Shown: positions 41,125-53,200 of the stretch, piece by piece
Position numbering within the stretch: the first letter of the stretch is position 1
How the letters are laid out: every line of letters begins with the position of its first letter
From: Camelus dromedarius
Taxonomy: Eukaryota
Assembly (NCBI RefSeq): GCF_036321535.1
Contig: NC_087436.1
Span: 98,892,001-98,956,000, forward strand
Length of the DNA: 64,000 nt
Reading direction: 5' to 3'
Notes under the pieces: model-generated
Told to the model about the DNA's origin: nothing
The model's input: the letters and a program-made list of their open reading frames with translations, nothing else
The model's database searches: none
Made by a program: the position numbers and the translations under genes

Positions 41125-41683
41125 TATTTCTGCTATCTATTGCTGCATAATAAATTGTTTACACATAGTGTCATGAAACAAGCACCATTTTATTAGCCTT
41201 ACAAACTTTGTAGGTCAGGGATTTGAACATGGGAGTGACTTTTCTGTGACCTATACCATCTGGGGTCTCTGCAAAGTCCCAGGTGGCTGGGGATGAGCTG
41301 AATGTTGGGAAACAGAATCCTCTGGAGGCTTCTTCACTTACATATTTGGTATCTGGGCTCAGGTGATGCAAAGGCTGGGCTCAAAATTGTTGTCCAAGGG
41401 TGGCTGAGTGTGACCTCTCTTTATAGCTTGTGCTTCCTCAGATCATGGGAGCATAAAGGTAGTTGAGCTTCCTACAGGCAACTGAAAGCGCCAAGAATGA
41501 GTGTTCCAGTAAGTAGGTATTTTACCTTTTATGAGACCCAAAATTCACATAGAATTAATTTGGCCATACTCTATTGGTTGAAGCAATCTCAAGATGGTCT
41601 GACTTCAAATGAAAGAGAAATTGGGGCTACCTCTTGATGTGAGGAATTTTTAAGCTTTTGTGGCCATATTTTAAAACGGCCAC
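41125..41683 (-). mobile_element. MaLR LTR (older MLT1 subfamily)
   Basis: ctattgctgcataataaa..gtaggtcagggatttga..ccatactctattggttgaagca..ccatattttaaaacggccaca. Confidence 0.8.
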
Positions 41684-42704
41684 AAATAGCTTTCCTTTTA
41701 AAGAGATACCAACATTATTGTCAGCTGTGGAATCAGGATCTGAACACAGCTTGTTAATATTACACATGCATTTTTCTCATCTTCCTTGTCATTATAATCT
41801 TTTTGAGAAAGGGTAAAGGACAACAACTACTTTTTATTCCTCAAATTTCCTATAATATACAACATTACTTTCTATTTTGTCAACAAATAAGTACAAAGGA
41901 AACTAAAAACTTACTTTGTAGAAATCAGAAGAAAAAAATACAAGTTTTACAGTCAAGGTATACATGAGACATTCAAATATGAATAAGATTTGAAGCATTT
42001 GTTTAAAAAATTAAGTCTTCTAATTTTGTAAAAAGAACCAGGATAATTGTCTACCAGTCACCCATTAAATGTCCTCCTTAGATTTACTTTCAGAGCTTAT
42101 GTAGCCATCTGTACAATTCTTTTGGATTTCAGAGGGAAAATGATAAAAGGAAAAGAGTTTAGGGAAATGGATGGAAGAGAATCTTAAAGTTAATTACTAT
42201 AAAGATAGATGATTCATTACTTGAAAAATAAGGATATGGTTCACATTTCTAATTTCACTAGTTCATTGGTAACAAGACTGAGATTTGAGCAATTTTAAAT
42301 ATGGCATATTTAGAATGACCTTGTAGGAATGTTATATGCAGAGATGTTATGTAGTACTGGTTTCTTGGTTTCAGAAAAATGTCTAACTGGAGCAAGCTTA
42401 AGTTGAGTAATTGTAGTATTTCTAATCCTTTTAATACACTGTAAAACAGTTTCTGTAGAAAATCAGTTTCAACATTGAGTTAGATTTTATTTATATTTTG
42501 GAAATTTAAGGACTCTTGAATCTCCTTAAGTAAATGGTAATTTAACGCAATTTTAGTTACACTCAACAGTGTAGTTACATCTTGATTAAAGTCATTATAA
42601 AGGACATGTAATCACATCCTGATGATCTTACATTTCACTGGGTTAAGGACCAGTTGATTTTATTGTGATTACACTTCAGGAAAAGATGTATCACCTACAT
42701 GCAC

Positions 42705-42920
42705 CTATATTATTGTCTAAGCAACAGCTAAGAATTTGATTTGCATGTTTATTCTTCTTGAGGGTACATGAATGTGATTAAATGTATTTAAAGCTGAAAC
42801 AGTAATTTTTTTTTTTTTCTGTTTTACAATATGGTCTTTTCTTGGAGCTGACCCTACTGAACTGCAGAAAAGATGCTTCCAGTTGGTTATTGGAAAGTCC
42901 AAGCTAGAATGATTGTTCTT
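42705..42920 (-). pseudogene. Exon remnant
   Basis: 115-bp GT..AG intron (43035-42921) joins in phase 0 to KNNHSSLDFPITNWKHLFCSS. Donor ATAG|gtgcat. Confidence 0.55.
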
Positions 42921-43035
42921 CTGAAATTTTATGAATGGTAATAATCTCTTCCAGCCTTGGTTGAAGTCTAGATACTTCTATCTTAAACTGGAGTTGGTTT
43001 AAATGTTATTTGAAGAATGTTAATTGTATACTTAC

Positions 43036-43860
43036 CATGTCTTTTATATTATAATTATCACTGCCTATATCTATGTTTTCATGCAAGGAAATACCGAAGA
43101 TCCAGTGTAAGATAAAGTAGCCTTTCCCAGAACGATCACTGTGTGTATCTTCCTGTTTCACTGGAGGCTCCCTCTTCTCTCTTTTAAGTGGTGTCCCCTG
43201 AGTTCCTACTACAGCTTTTTGTATTTCCTTCTCCTTCTGTGGTTTTTGGAAATGTGTTCTGACTGTCTTACTGACCTCTGTTACCACCCAGTACTTCTTA
43301 TCCCTGAATAGGTGTTCTTGATTTCATGACTGCTCAGACAACGCTATGTAAGGCACTTCACATATGCTAGTCTCCCCTCTTCACACTCATAAACTGCAAA
43401 CAATGCAGTGCCCTCCTCTGTCTCTAACCCCAGTAAGGATATGGACTTAGGACTTTTAAAAACTAAGTTCAACCACACTTCATTGTAAAGGTAAAAAACT
43501 ACTGTGTACAGTGATTGCGGCCAAGAGACAACATGGTCAGAATGGACAACTGTCACAATGCAATGTGTCATGGAAGCACCCAGTAGTCACTCCACTGGTA
43601 GTTTCTCTCCTTGATGGAGAAAAGTGATAGAAGAAAATCGAACCACTTCATGCTCATGATATCTTGTTTGCCATCATCAATATAAAGGCCTTTATTTCTG
43701 TTAAATAGAAAACCAATGAGGATACTACTTACTGAAAACCATCTGCCCATGTTCATCTAGATCAACAAACTCTGGCCAATTTGCATTAGCACAAGCTGCT
43801 ATTTCTGTCTTTGCCAATGTTTAACAATGTCAGGTGATTTTACCTCTACTCAGGCAGCAT
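43036..43860 (-). pseudogene. Large exon remnant (three frameshifted ORFs in the track)
   Basis: ORFs 43568..43756, 43344..43571 and 43006..43287 chain via frameshifts. IMSMKWFDFLLSLFS..DYWVLP..SLYTVVFYLYNEVWL, vs GREB1 PSVMWASSFRPLLS..RQWTVP..GAYLQFLSVLSRML. Strong donor ATG|gtaagt at 43036. 5' end approximate. Confidence 0.65.
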
Positions 43861-44691
43861 ATTATATGAAATTCTCAATGACACATCTGATTTTCTGGGA
43901 AGATAATATTTTTATTCTTCAAAGATTCAAAAATGCATTACACATGCCGTGATCCGTAAAATACGTGCACGAAAATTGTTTCAATTTCTTATATGAATAC
44001 TTTTTATGATGGTTATCTAATAATCTAAAATATTTATATTTCAATTAACGTTTTACTTAATACTTTGCATTCCTTCCTTTTAATCAATCAAAAAGGAGAT
44101 ATTACCTGTCCAAAAGAAGCTTAGCCATGAATTATGCATTTGGAGCCTATATGAAAGAGTTCGCTAAGCAATGAGTTTCAGATGTCAAAAAGGGACATTA
44201 AAAAGTAAATACAAATTGAGAAAAAATAAAAATGAGAAAGAACAAATGAGAAATTTTAAAATACTCAGGCCTAGATATTTCAGGATTGGTACTGCCAACT
44301 GGAAGGTATTTGAATGAAAATCATCTATGAGGATACCAGATTTGAACTACAATTTAAAGAAGGAAATAATGTGTTGGGTAAAAAATAAGACTTATTTTCC
44401 CCCCAAAAAAGTAATCTTTCAATTTAGGGACTGAGAGTATAGAACCACAGCACTTATTTTTAAATTAAAGTCTGTTGAATTATATTTTTCTAGTTGATGA
44501 GAGTTTCATTCTAAAAAGAAAGACTGGGACACAAAGTAAGAAAAAAAATTCTTTTCTTATGTTTGGTCAGCAGAATTTACCTCTGGAACTCATACAATTT
44601 GTGTTATAATTATGTACAGATGTATTTTGATACCTCAGTGCACCTAAAAAAATTCCTTAAATGGAAATCACTTTAGATTCAATGTAATTTT

Positions 44692-44761
44692 AGCTTTTTA
44701 TATTTACAAGCTAGTTTATATTTACAAGCTTTTTATATTTACAAGCTAGTTTATATTTTAC
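44692..44761. repeat. Tandem repeat, 35-bp dimeric unit (17+18 bp) x2
   Basis: agctttttatatttaca/agctagtttatatttaca repeated twice. Confidence 0.9.
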
Positions 44762-44899
44762 CAAGTATCCTCATGAAAGCAAGTTTTCTGTATTTTTCTT
44801 CTATGGATCATGCAGAAATTCTTGCTAGACAATGAAAGAGGATCCTGTTTTCTCATTCCCCTCTGGTTTATAACTGGTTTCTTCTGTGCTTAATTCTAC
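44762..44899 (-). pseudogene. Possible exon remnant
   Basis: VELSTEETSYKPEGNEKTGSSFIV*QEFLHDP*..., donor TTG|gtaaaa. Start and phase uncertain. Confidence 0.3.
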
Positions 44900-45064
44900 C
44901 TTTGCCATATGGTTGGAAACAGAATTACAAGAGTAATTACTAAGATACTTTTTCTGAACCTCCAGGTTGCCTCTCCATTCACCTCACCACTGTCTTCTGA
45001 TTCCCACGTTTGTTTATAATTGCATTGAGCTGTGTGTTAATATGAAGTCTAACACAGCACCTAC

Positions 45065-45121
45065 CTTTATCTGGTTTGTAGAACGTCATACTATATTCAG
45101 GGTCACAGTATTGTGAATGTG
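45065..45121 (-). pseudogene. 57-nt phase 1-1 exon remnant
   Basis: cagcag|CA..HSQYCDPEYSMTFYKPDK G|gtaggt. Phase matches the preceding exon. Confidence 0.55.
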
Positions 45122-45326
45122 CTGCTGGTTTACAACATATTTTAAAATTTTGATTTTTCAATAAATATCAAAAGCACAAATATACATATTATATATGAGA
45201 TGCAACTATTACTTTTTTAAAAAATACATGCACAGTAAAAAATAATGTTAATATTTTATGGATTACATCCACCAAATATTCATTGGGATTAATCATTTCC
45301 AGATGCTGCCAGGTCACCTTCCTCAC

Positions 45327-45536
45327 CAGCCTGTTCCAGAATCAGGACACACACAGGTAGCTGATTGTGAATATCCTTGGAACTCTGGGATGCTCAATTT
45401 GATGCAATCACATTACCCCAGGCATATACTTCTTTTGATCATTGGCACATTCTGTTGTCAAATGAGATATGAAATCATACATACAGTTATCTACCCAAAC
45501 GTTACACAACATCTTCTTTTCCTGGGAATGCAAATC
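45327..45536 (-). pseudogene. Exon remnant
   Basis: ctctaag| to G|gtgagg. Ends KDIHNQLPVCVLILEQA (GREB1 LEGLPCILIFSG). Several stops. Confidence 0.6.
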
Positions 45537-45705
45537 CTTAGAGCAGCATTTTACAAGAAGCAGAGGAAGTTGAAAGTGGATAGGCAAATTAAAGACACTT
45601 TTTACTTCCTAGCCTTACATTTTGTTATGAACAAATACCATGAATCTACTTATGTCTTTTTACTTTATGTTTGTACTCTAAAAATACATTCACATTGACT
45701 ATTAC

Positions 45706-46295
45706 TGTCTCCTTGTCTTTTTTTTTCTTTTTTAAAATGTATTTGTAATGATATCTTTTATTACTTTTTTGTCTTTTATTTATTTATTTTTATTTTTGGG
45801 GGAGGTAATTAGATTTGTTTGTTTGTTTATTTATTTATTTTTAATAGAGATACTGGGAATGAACCCAGGACCTCGTGCATGCTAAGCATGCACTTTACCA
45901 CTGAGCTATACCCTCCCCCCATCTTTTTTCTTCCTTAATAATGTCCTTATCTTCATTATCAGTAATGAAAAAAAATTTGTGATCCCTAACTCCTTTCCAG
46001 GCAACTTTAGGGGCAGCTAGAACAATATGAGATTCTAAATAATTATTGACTATAATGAGAAAGATGAAGCGTGCATTTGGTATAGGCAAGTTGCATGTTG
46101 ATGGTTTATCATTGCATAACAAGTTGAGTTTTCTTTTTCTTTATGAAGTAATTGGCATTGAGATCAAAACTATCAAATGCATTTGAAATGTACTATTTTG
46201 TATAAAATTTATCTTAATTGCTTTGAGATAACCAGACATCTGCAATGACACTGGCCCAGGCTGAAGATGTTCTGTTCATACTGTTTTCATCTTGT
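45706..46295 (-). pseudogene. Exon remnant interrupted by a SINE
   Basis: Acceptor aattatcag|. MNRTSSAWASVIADVW..KFYTK*YISNAF...PNARFIFLIIVNNYLESHIVLAA..HKFFFITD, vs GREB1 LRYDSSFEAMVTAL..LVQHYAAAL..GHGLMVLLRVPCSPLAVVAY..HFEIILG. Donor A|gtaata after removing the SINE. Confidence 0.65.
45717..45920 (-). mobile_element. Camelid-type tRNA-derived SINE
   Basis: Reverse complement reads GGGGGGAGGGTATAGCTCAGTGGTAAAGTGCATGCTTAGCATGCACGAGGTCCTGGGTTCATTCCCAG (Pol III A/B boxes), then an A-rich tail. Short TSD approx. tctttttt. Confidence 0.92.
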
Positions 46296-46559
46296 CTGAT
46301 AATTGATAGGAAAATCAACATACCCTAGCCCTTCCCTCCCACACAATTTTATGATGTTGGACGTTACCATTTCAGGTAAATTAGTCCTATGAAATTATTT
46401 TTCATTTATTTCTACAGAAAACATACACCAAAAACAACATAGATTTTTCTTCAAAGCACCAGGGGTTTCTTAGAGATATATAAACATGTATTTGTACTTT
46501 CAATTAATTTCTAAAATTTTCTTAGGAAAAAGAAGAATGTGTGTTAATGCCACTATTCC

Positions 46560-46738
46560 CTTTAATTGCTAGATGACTCTGTTTGACTTTGGCATTAATA
46601 TAGTTGATTGTTTTCATTTTCAGTGCCATAGATATGAGTTTTAGCAGCAGTCTAGAGCAGTATTGCCTTTGAGAGGGTGAAATCAGTGACACGGGACATC
46701 GTAGGAACCCACCACTGCTGTTTCCCTTGCCAAAGCTC
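46560..46738 (-). pseudogene. Exon remnant (frameshifted)
   Basis: Long poly-T tract then gag|. ALARETAVVGSYD, a frameshift, then VSLISPSQRQYCSRLL, vs GREB1 STQNLDLGSFEKVDFLICIPPSEVTYQQTLL. Confidence 0.6.
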
Positions 46739-47173
46739 CTCAACACGGGAAAAAAAAAAACAAAAAAAACCAAAACAAAACAAAACAAAAAAGACCACTT
46801 TTTGGCTCTGATTTGAAATCCACACAAGAGACATATAAAAGTTACTCCAAGAATTGAAGGATAAAAACAAAATAGTTGCATGCACACCTCAGTTAATAAT
46901 GTTAACAGTATTTGTAGCTTATAACAATCTCCACATAGCCTCCAGCTTCAGAGTGCCTTTACTATATTAGAGCTTTCTTCTGAAGAAAGGGGCCTTGATG
47001 CTTCTATTATGCATTCTTATTGCAAAAAAGATGCTTCAAATATAGGAAGAGGAAAGGAACAAATATATTTTTAGCATCTACTGCAAGCTGGACATTGTCC
47101 TAGGCACTTTAGAGAGATCATCTTGTCCAGATTTTTGGAAAACTGACCCACGAAGAAGCTACTGTTTTTAAGC

Positions 47174-47648
47174 TGTGGAAGAACCTTCCATTTCCTCCTT
47201 CAAATGCTTGTCCCACATTTCTCCACCTGCCTTATTTACCCAGGAAGCTGACTTTTATAGATATTATGGCTTCTGGGTTCTCTGACTTCTGATTGGTCTC
47301 CAGCCAATGGGGAGTGCCAGCAGATCTGAAGGATGAAGCACGAGGTCAGGACATTAATTCCCTTCCTTTTTCCTGAAAATAGCTGCATCCTTCAACCACT
47401 GATGCAAACAAAGCACAGTCTCTACAGGATGTTTTATTACTTCTGATTTTGAGTAATGCACCCTCCCCACTCTTTTAGACATAGTGGTGGTTAGGAAACG
47501 ACACTAGGATGTTACAGGTTATTTTATTATCTTCTGTGGCATCTCCCCCTACTTCCAGCATAGCCACCCACACATTTGTAAATAAACCCTCCTTGAATTA
47601 TCCTATTCTTGGTGTACTGTTTGTTTGTGTGAGGGCCTGACTTATAAG
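47174..47648 (+). mobile_element. ERVL LTR (LTR33-like)
   Basis: cttctgattggtctccagccaatggggag..gaggtcagg..tttgtaaataaaccctcc..cctgact. Confidence 0.75.
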
Positions 47649-48487
47649 TAGACTATTGAGAGTTTGTAAAGATTAACTCAAACATTGTTTCCACATCTTA
47701 TGAGAAGAAAATTTGTCCCCAAATGTCTATGAATGTTAAGGGTCTTTGATTTTTATCATTATCTCTGGATTTCTGCTTTTGCTCAATTAATTCATTTATC
47801 ATATTACTACTAACTTCTCCCAGGGGTTGTATCTCACTAAGTTGACTGAATACAGTTTCTTACTTGATTTAAATATACTTGTTCACACATATGCACAGAC
47901 ACACGTGTGTGAACACACAAGACATTTGTGGTTATAAAAATTACTAACCATCAGGGATACAGGCATAGGAAAGACGTCATATTTACAGAAACAACCACAA
48001 CTGGAATATCAGAAATTCCTCTTCTTATAAACTCCTTTATCTACCCTATTAGTGAAAATGTTTACTCTTGTGGTGTCCCAAGCTCACACTACCTTTCTCC
48101 AGCCATTCTGTCTTCTCCCTTCGTGTATTTTGTGCTCTTATCTAATATTATCCCAGATCTTTTCCTGCTTCTATCCCCACAATTTCAAAAGTATCTTCTA
48201 CCTCTTATAGAGAGAAATTCAGCGTTGCTATTTTTACATATCTATATTTACTAAGTTTTTCAACAAATTTAAAATATTGTCTATGCAACAGAATCTACTT
48301 CCCTAGAAAAGATTTCTGTGTATATTGTACATATGTAATATTCTATGATACGTATATGGTATTCATATGCATGATAAATTGGTGTGTATATATGGTTATC
48401 CTCTATCAGCTAGTTACTTAATTGTATGATAAAGTAAAGAAGTTTACTTTGAGATAATACATAAAATCATCTGTTTTGAAAATTTGC

Positions 48488-49477
48488 CTGTTTTTCTCTG
48501 TTTCACTTGAATTCTACTTGAACTTGCAACAGAAGACACTAAAACATGAGCAAGTAGGAAAAGCACAAAACAGCCTTTCAAGAACTATAAATTGAATTCA
48601 TAGGGGAAAAAAAGGAAGCTGTGTTTGGCAACAGGATGCTTAGACAACAAGGAGAGAATATTGAGTCTTGAACACTCAGTCCCGTACTGCTCCTCTTGAT
48701 TGGTGTCTTCACCTGCCTGGGCTGCCATAACAACAGAGGGACACGAGGAACTGAGTGTCTTAGATTTATCACAGTTTTGGAGGCTAGAAGTCTAAGATCT
48801 AGGTGTCACCAGGTTTGGTTTCTTCTGATGCCTCTCTCCTTGGCTTGCAGATGGCCACCTTCTCCCTGTGTCCTCATGTGATCTCTTCTTCTTATAAGGA
48901 CACCACCAGTCAGACTGGATTAGGATCCACCCTAACAGCCTCGTTTTAACTTAGTTTTCTTGCTGTGCTCTCCCATGGTCATCTCTCAGTCTTGTACTAG
49001 TTTCTTCTTATAAGACCACCACTCATTGAATTAGTCAATCCATATGATCTCACTTTAACTTAATTATCCCATTAAAGGCTTTCTCTCCAAATACAACCAC
49101 ATTCTGAGGTACTGGGGGTTAGGACTAAAACATGAATTCTGGGAGGCAGACACAACTCAGCGCATAACATATGGCTTCCACCCATTCAGTTTTATAAATA
49201 TTGGTGTTTTCTATTCATTTTGAATCAGTCCTGATGATTCCATTATCCTATTTTGGTTTTAATGTTCATCTTTAAACCAACTGATTATGGTTGGGGGATG
49301 AAATGTAATATTGACAAGGTCTTGATAATATGCTGACGTCAATAATCAGGGAATGGATATTTTCATATTGAACATCATAGGCCAAAAGTAGGAGAGAATA
49401 TATAAAAGGGAAAAATCACCAGATTCTAATAAAATTGATGGATTAAAGTAGGCGAGGCAGACAAAAACAGCAGATGT
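48488..49477 (-). pseudogene. Exon remnant split by an MLT1 LTR
   Basis: Phase-0 acceptor ttttagtag| then TSAVFVCLAYFNPSILLESGDFSLLYILSYFWP (GREB1 KTNYVVIICAC..CIAVTGKY). Beyond the LTR, IQFIVLERLF (GREB1 FQLAVAQKLL). Confidence 0.6.
48704..49169 (-). mobile_element. MaLR solo LTR (MLT1A/B/C-type)
   Basis: tgtctt..gggctgccataacaa..cacattctgaggtactgggggttaggac..cataaca. Degenerate 5-bp TSD attgg/tatgg. Confidence 0.88.
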
Positions 49478-49603
49478 CTACTAAAATCCATTCTAATCAG
49501 TGCTTAGAATCAATATATATTCTGATTCCAATAATATACTCTCAAAAATTCTCTAGTCTAGTATCATGCAACTATTTCACATACATTTTATAACATACTC
49601 TAC

Positions 49604-50682
49604 CTTTGTGTCCATAACAGAATATCCACAATTTCATCTAGTCTTCCAGATGCAGCTACTCATGTCCAAAAACCTAAAATTAGACGATGAATGTAATCCT
49701 AGCACATTCTATATTCAAAGGCAGATTTCAGAATAAGCTATCTGAAATGAAGTCTTCCATTTGGCAAAGGGAAGAAGGAGAAAACACACAGACTAATAAT
49801 CTTTCCTAGCATTATCTGTATTCTGCACGAATGGATTAGTAACTCTTTGTCTTTTAGAGAAATCTGTTTCTGGGTCAGCCAATATGGTAGGCCCTGAGCC
49901 TTGCTCTCTGAGGAGATTCATCTTGTCTTTGGTTTTCATTGGGTACATTTTGGAAGGTAAAGGGAAGGCTTTTCTTCCCTTATGGCTTTAAACAAAAACC
50001 TTAGGTTTCTGATCTTAGCCTGGAATTTGTCTTAAAAGTGGAGCTATAATAGACCTTTGTTGAAGAGCCTTGTGGTTTCTCTTAAAATTTAACACCTTAA
50101 AATGTAGAAGTTCTGACCATTTGATTTCTGTTTCTCCTGTTATTTTAATATCAGAGATGTTATTGAGTCATGGTTTCTGAATATAAATTTTATCCTGGAG
50201 GTTTCTGTCTCTTTAAAAAATGACTAGATACTCAGAACATCTCTCTATCTGTCATTTAAATAATCTTCATTTTGCTCTGTCTAGACTGATGTGAAATATT
50301 AGGCCAGAGGAAGAGGTACAATTAATTTATCCCCTCATCCCCCTGTTGCTTAACAGAAGCTGGTTCTTTAAAGTTTGGGTAATTGTCATTTTGTCAGCCA
50401 TGGTTGTCAGGTTACCAGAAAGAATGGAGCAGGAGCATGAGTACCACATCCCCCTAATTACAGTTTTCTTCTGGGCTGTGTCTGTATCCTTTCTGAATTT
50501 CCTGATACAATCTTTAGTTTAAAATGGAGAATTCAGCTTTCGGCTATGAGATTTTCACCTGTCTTGGTTTGGTTTTATCCCTCTTGGCCAGCATATTTTT
50601 TGCCCTTTATTTTACAAACGGTCTGATATTTTATAACAAGACACATTAGAGCTTCTTTACAAGTAGGAACATGATCTGATAT
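49604..50682 (-). pseudogene. Large (about 1.08 kb) exon remnant
   Basis: Acceptor aattttag| then ISDHVPTCKEALMCLV (GREB1 AADQVPLMEDLEQIF). Low-complexity middle. Ends NVLGLHSSSNFRFLDMSSCIWKTR*NCGYSVMDTK|gtagag, phase 0. Confidence 0.6.
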
Positions 50683-50904
50683 CTAAAATTTAGCAGGTGA
50701 CTGTTTAATAAATTATTTATACCACTTAATAGATATTGTCAACTTCCTAGTTGGAAATGGAAGACTATTTCCTGCCTCACATCTCACCTCAATTAATCTA
50801 ATTCTACATGCTAGGATTTATCACTTTCAATACTCAGGTGCAACTGAATCTTTCAGGAACATATGGTAGAAAACTTATTCAAATAACTTAATAGCTAGCA
50901 TATA

Positions 50905-52185
50905 ACCATGGGTGCTAATAAATATTTAACAACCAGCTCTCAAAAAAGTGCCAATATATACTACATAAATTTATTATAAGTTTTAGTAATATAAAGATTC
51001 ATAGCATACAACTGACAAATAATCACAAATTATATATGCCCTTTTTAAAAGTTCCATATAGCCAATTGATTTTCAAAGTATTTTTGCTAATTTTTGCCAA
51101 GTCTTTAAATTCATAGCTAACTGGTTGCAATTAATGAACAACCGTAGTCCCAACATGAATACTGGTTGTTATTCTAATTTATGTAAAGGTGTAAGATTAA
51201 TGAGCAATTTAAATTTCTTACTCATCCTGTAATTTTTCACCAAAGACATTAATAAGCTCTGTCTGGGATTAAGACATACACACTACCATATATAAAATAT
51301 ATAAACAACAAGAATCTACTGTATAGCACAAGGAACTATATTCATTATCTTGTAACAACCTATAATTGAAATGTATCTGAAAAAGCATATGTATTTACAC
51401 ATATGTATAACTGAATCACTTTGCTGTACACACGAAACTAATACAACATTGTAAATTAACTCTACTTCAATAAAAAAATGAAAAAATAAAATATTATCCT
51501 AGAAAAAAACGCTATGCTTAATCTCATAATAATTTTTGAATACTAGAATAATATTTCTATAATATATTGCGGCTATTCACAATGTAATGATTATAGACAC
51601 ACACAAAAACTGAGAAAAATCTGCATTAGTAACATACTCTCCATTAAAATATTAACTCCAGACAATCAACAAAATAATAAATCAAGCCATGTTATGCAGT
51701 GTTGACCGATTCTGTAGTGTAAATACCTTCTTCATGACAGAATTACAAGCTACAAGCTGAGGTCACTAAATATGAAGTTGGAAAGAAATGCACATTTGCT
51801 TACCATTATACAGTGTTATCCCAATGCAAAGATACTTTAACCGCAGGGCAAGGCTGCTGATTGTCTCGATCGTGAGAATAGGTAGAGGCACTATCAATCT
51901 AGGATTCTCTTTTTTCACAAGTCTATACAAAAGTCTTTATTATAACGTTTAAAATAGGCATAAATAATTTCAATAGCATAGATAATAGTAAAATGCAGCA
52001 TAATAATTAGGAAGCATTAGTTTTGGGAATTTATTACCTTTTGAAAATGTAATTTATTTAATTATAAATTAATACACTTTTACTTTTTAATATTTGCTGT
52101 ATTTAGCAACCATATCACAAAATTCCTGAACATTTAATAGTTGGTTCTCATAACCTGATATGAGACAGCCTGAGGACACACACTA
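50905..52185. mobile_element. hAT DNA transposon remnant (Tip100 group, Arthur1-like), with nested insertions
   Basis: tttaacaaccagctctc at the left end. aaaattcctgaacatttaa..ggttctc..gatatgag near the right end. Confidence 0.55.
51263..51490 (+). mobile_element. Short L1 3'UTR with polyA
   Basis: tactgtatagcacaaggaactatattca..ataactgaatcactttgctgtacac..cttcaataaaaaaa. Confidence 0.88.
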
Positions 52186-52404
52186 AGAAGTCTAGGATTA
52201 TTACTAGTTGAGGACAGCATTCTATTTTTCTCATCTAGGACACAGATAGGATTAATTGATCAGGTTCACCCAAACCTAAGTGGCTGAAATTGAGAAAAAC
52301 TTTATTCTTAAAAAGAAAATTGGGGAAAAGAAATGCTGAATATTTGCCATGTGTGCTTTTTAAAAACATAGTATGCCTATATAGTACAATACTAATTAGT
52401 GATA

Positions 52405-52620
52405 ATAATAATATTTATTGAGCATTTACTATATTTCAAACACTGTGCTAAATACTTTTTAAATATTATTTCATTGGATAAAACAATACTCTGGCATTTG
52501 TATTATTTCTCCCCAAATCTCTATAAATATTTTTACATTTAAGATTGCATGGCAAGTATGCTTTTAGAATCTGGATTCCAATCTTGAATTGACTACAGAA
52601 GTTACATCTTATATATAGAA
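52405..52620 (-). mobile_element. MIR fragment
   Basis: aatatttattgagcatttactatatttcaaacactgtgctaaatac. Confidence 0.55.
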
Positions 52621-52829
52621 TCTAAGACAGTGAACCCCATATTCTCAGTAGTAAAAGTTTGTTTATTTTTTCCCCTGACTCTCTCGTTTATGATGCAATA
52701 AGGCATTTTAACCACAGGGCAAGGCTGCTGCTCATCTTGAACATGAGAATAGGTAGAGGTACTATCAATCTAGGATAAAAAGTAGTAAAAGTGGTTCTAA
52801 TGTAGGATGCCTTCTTTTGGAGGTAATGA

Positions 52830-53200
52830 CCCTGAGCAGTAACTAGGAAGGTAAATAAACAAAAATATGTCAGTAACTACGTTTGGATAGTGAAACAAGG
52901 AGATAGATGATTAGCACAGCACATTGTAAGCAATGAGCTGAAGCTAGGGATAATGCAAAACGGAGTAAAAACACTTCAAGGAAGAATTTTTAAAAAGCCA
53001 CCTTTCTGTTTCTTTATTTTAGGTCTATTTGGCTTGAGGAAGCTTTTCTCCCCAAGTCCATGTACTCCAGGAAAATAGATTTCATCAGATTTGCTGCCGA
53101 TGCTTTAGAAGCCCTTTTTAACTAGGAACTTTGCTGCTATTTTAAATATCATATGGAATCCCAGCATGTAACATATGTAACAGTCATCTGTTACAGTCTT
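52830..53200 (-). pseudogene. Exon remnant with CxxC motif
   Basis: One frame reads KTVTDDCYICYMLGFHMIF...DEIYFPGVHG...IQT*LLTYFCL, vs GREB1 GNCVGCGKKGF, PVIFKGHG and EMQLLLTVYYL. 3' boundary uncertain. Confidence 0.6.

Noticed and set aside
43260..43400. Gasdermin-like YWVVTEV or THEMIS-like YECEEG motifs
   Set aside because: Isolated short matches with no support from flanking exons. The GREB1 collinearity explains far more.
43698..43732. gtaagt...ttaacag as an intron on the minus strand
   Set aside because: Only 35 nt, too short for a mammalian intron. At most one site is real.
44692..44761. CRISPR-like array
   Set aside because: Mammalian DNA. It is a simple tandem duplication without spacers.
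45258..45698. 146-aa plus-strand ORF
   Set aside because: Antisense shadow of a fossil minus-strand exon, with no recognisable product.
45845..45920. tRNA gene
   Set aside because: It is the tRNA-derived head of a SINE followed by an A-rich tail.
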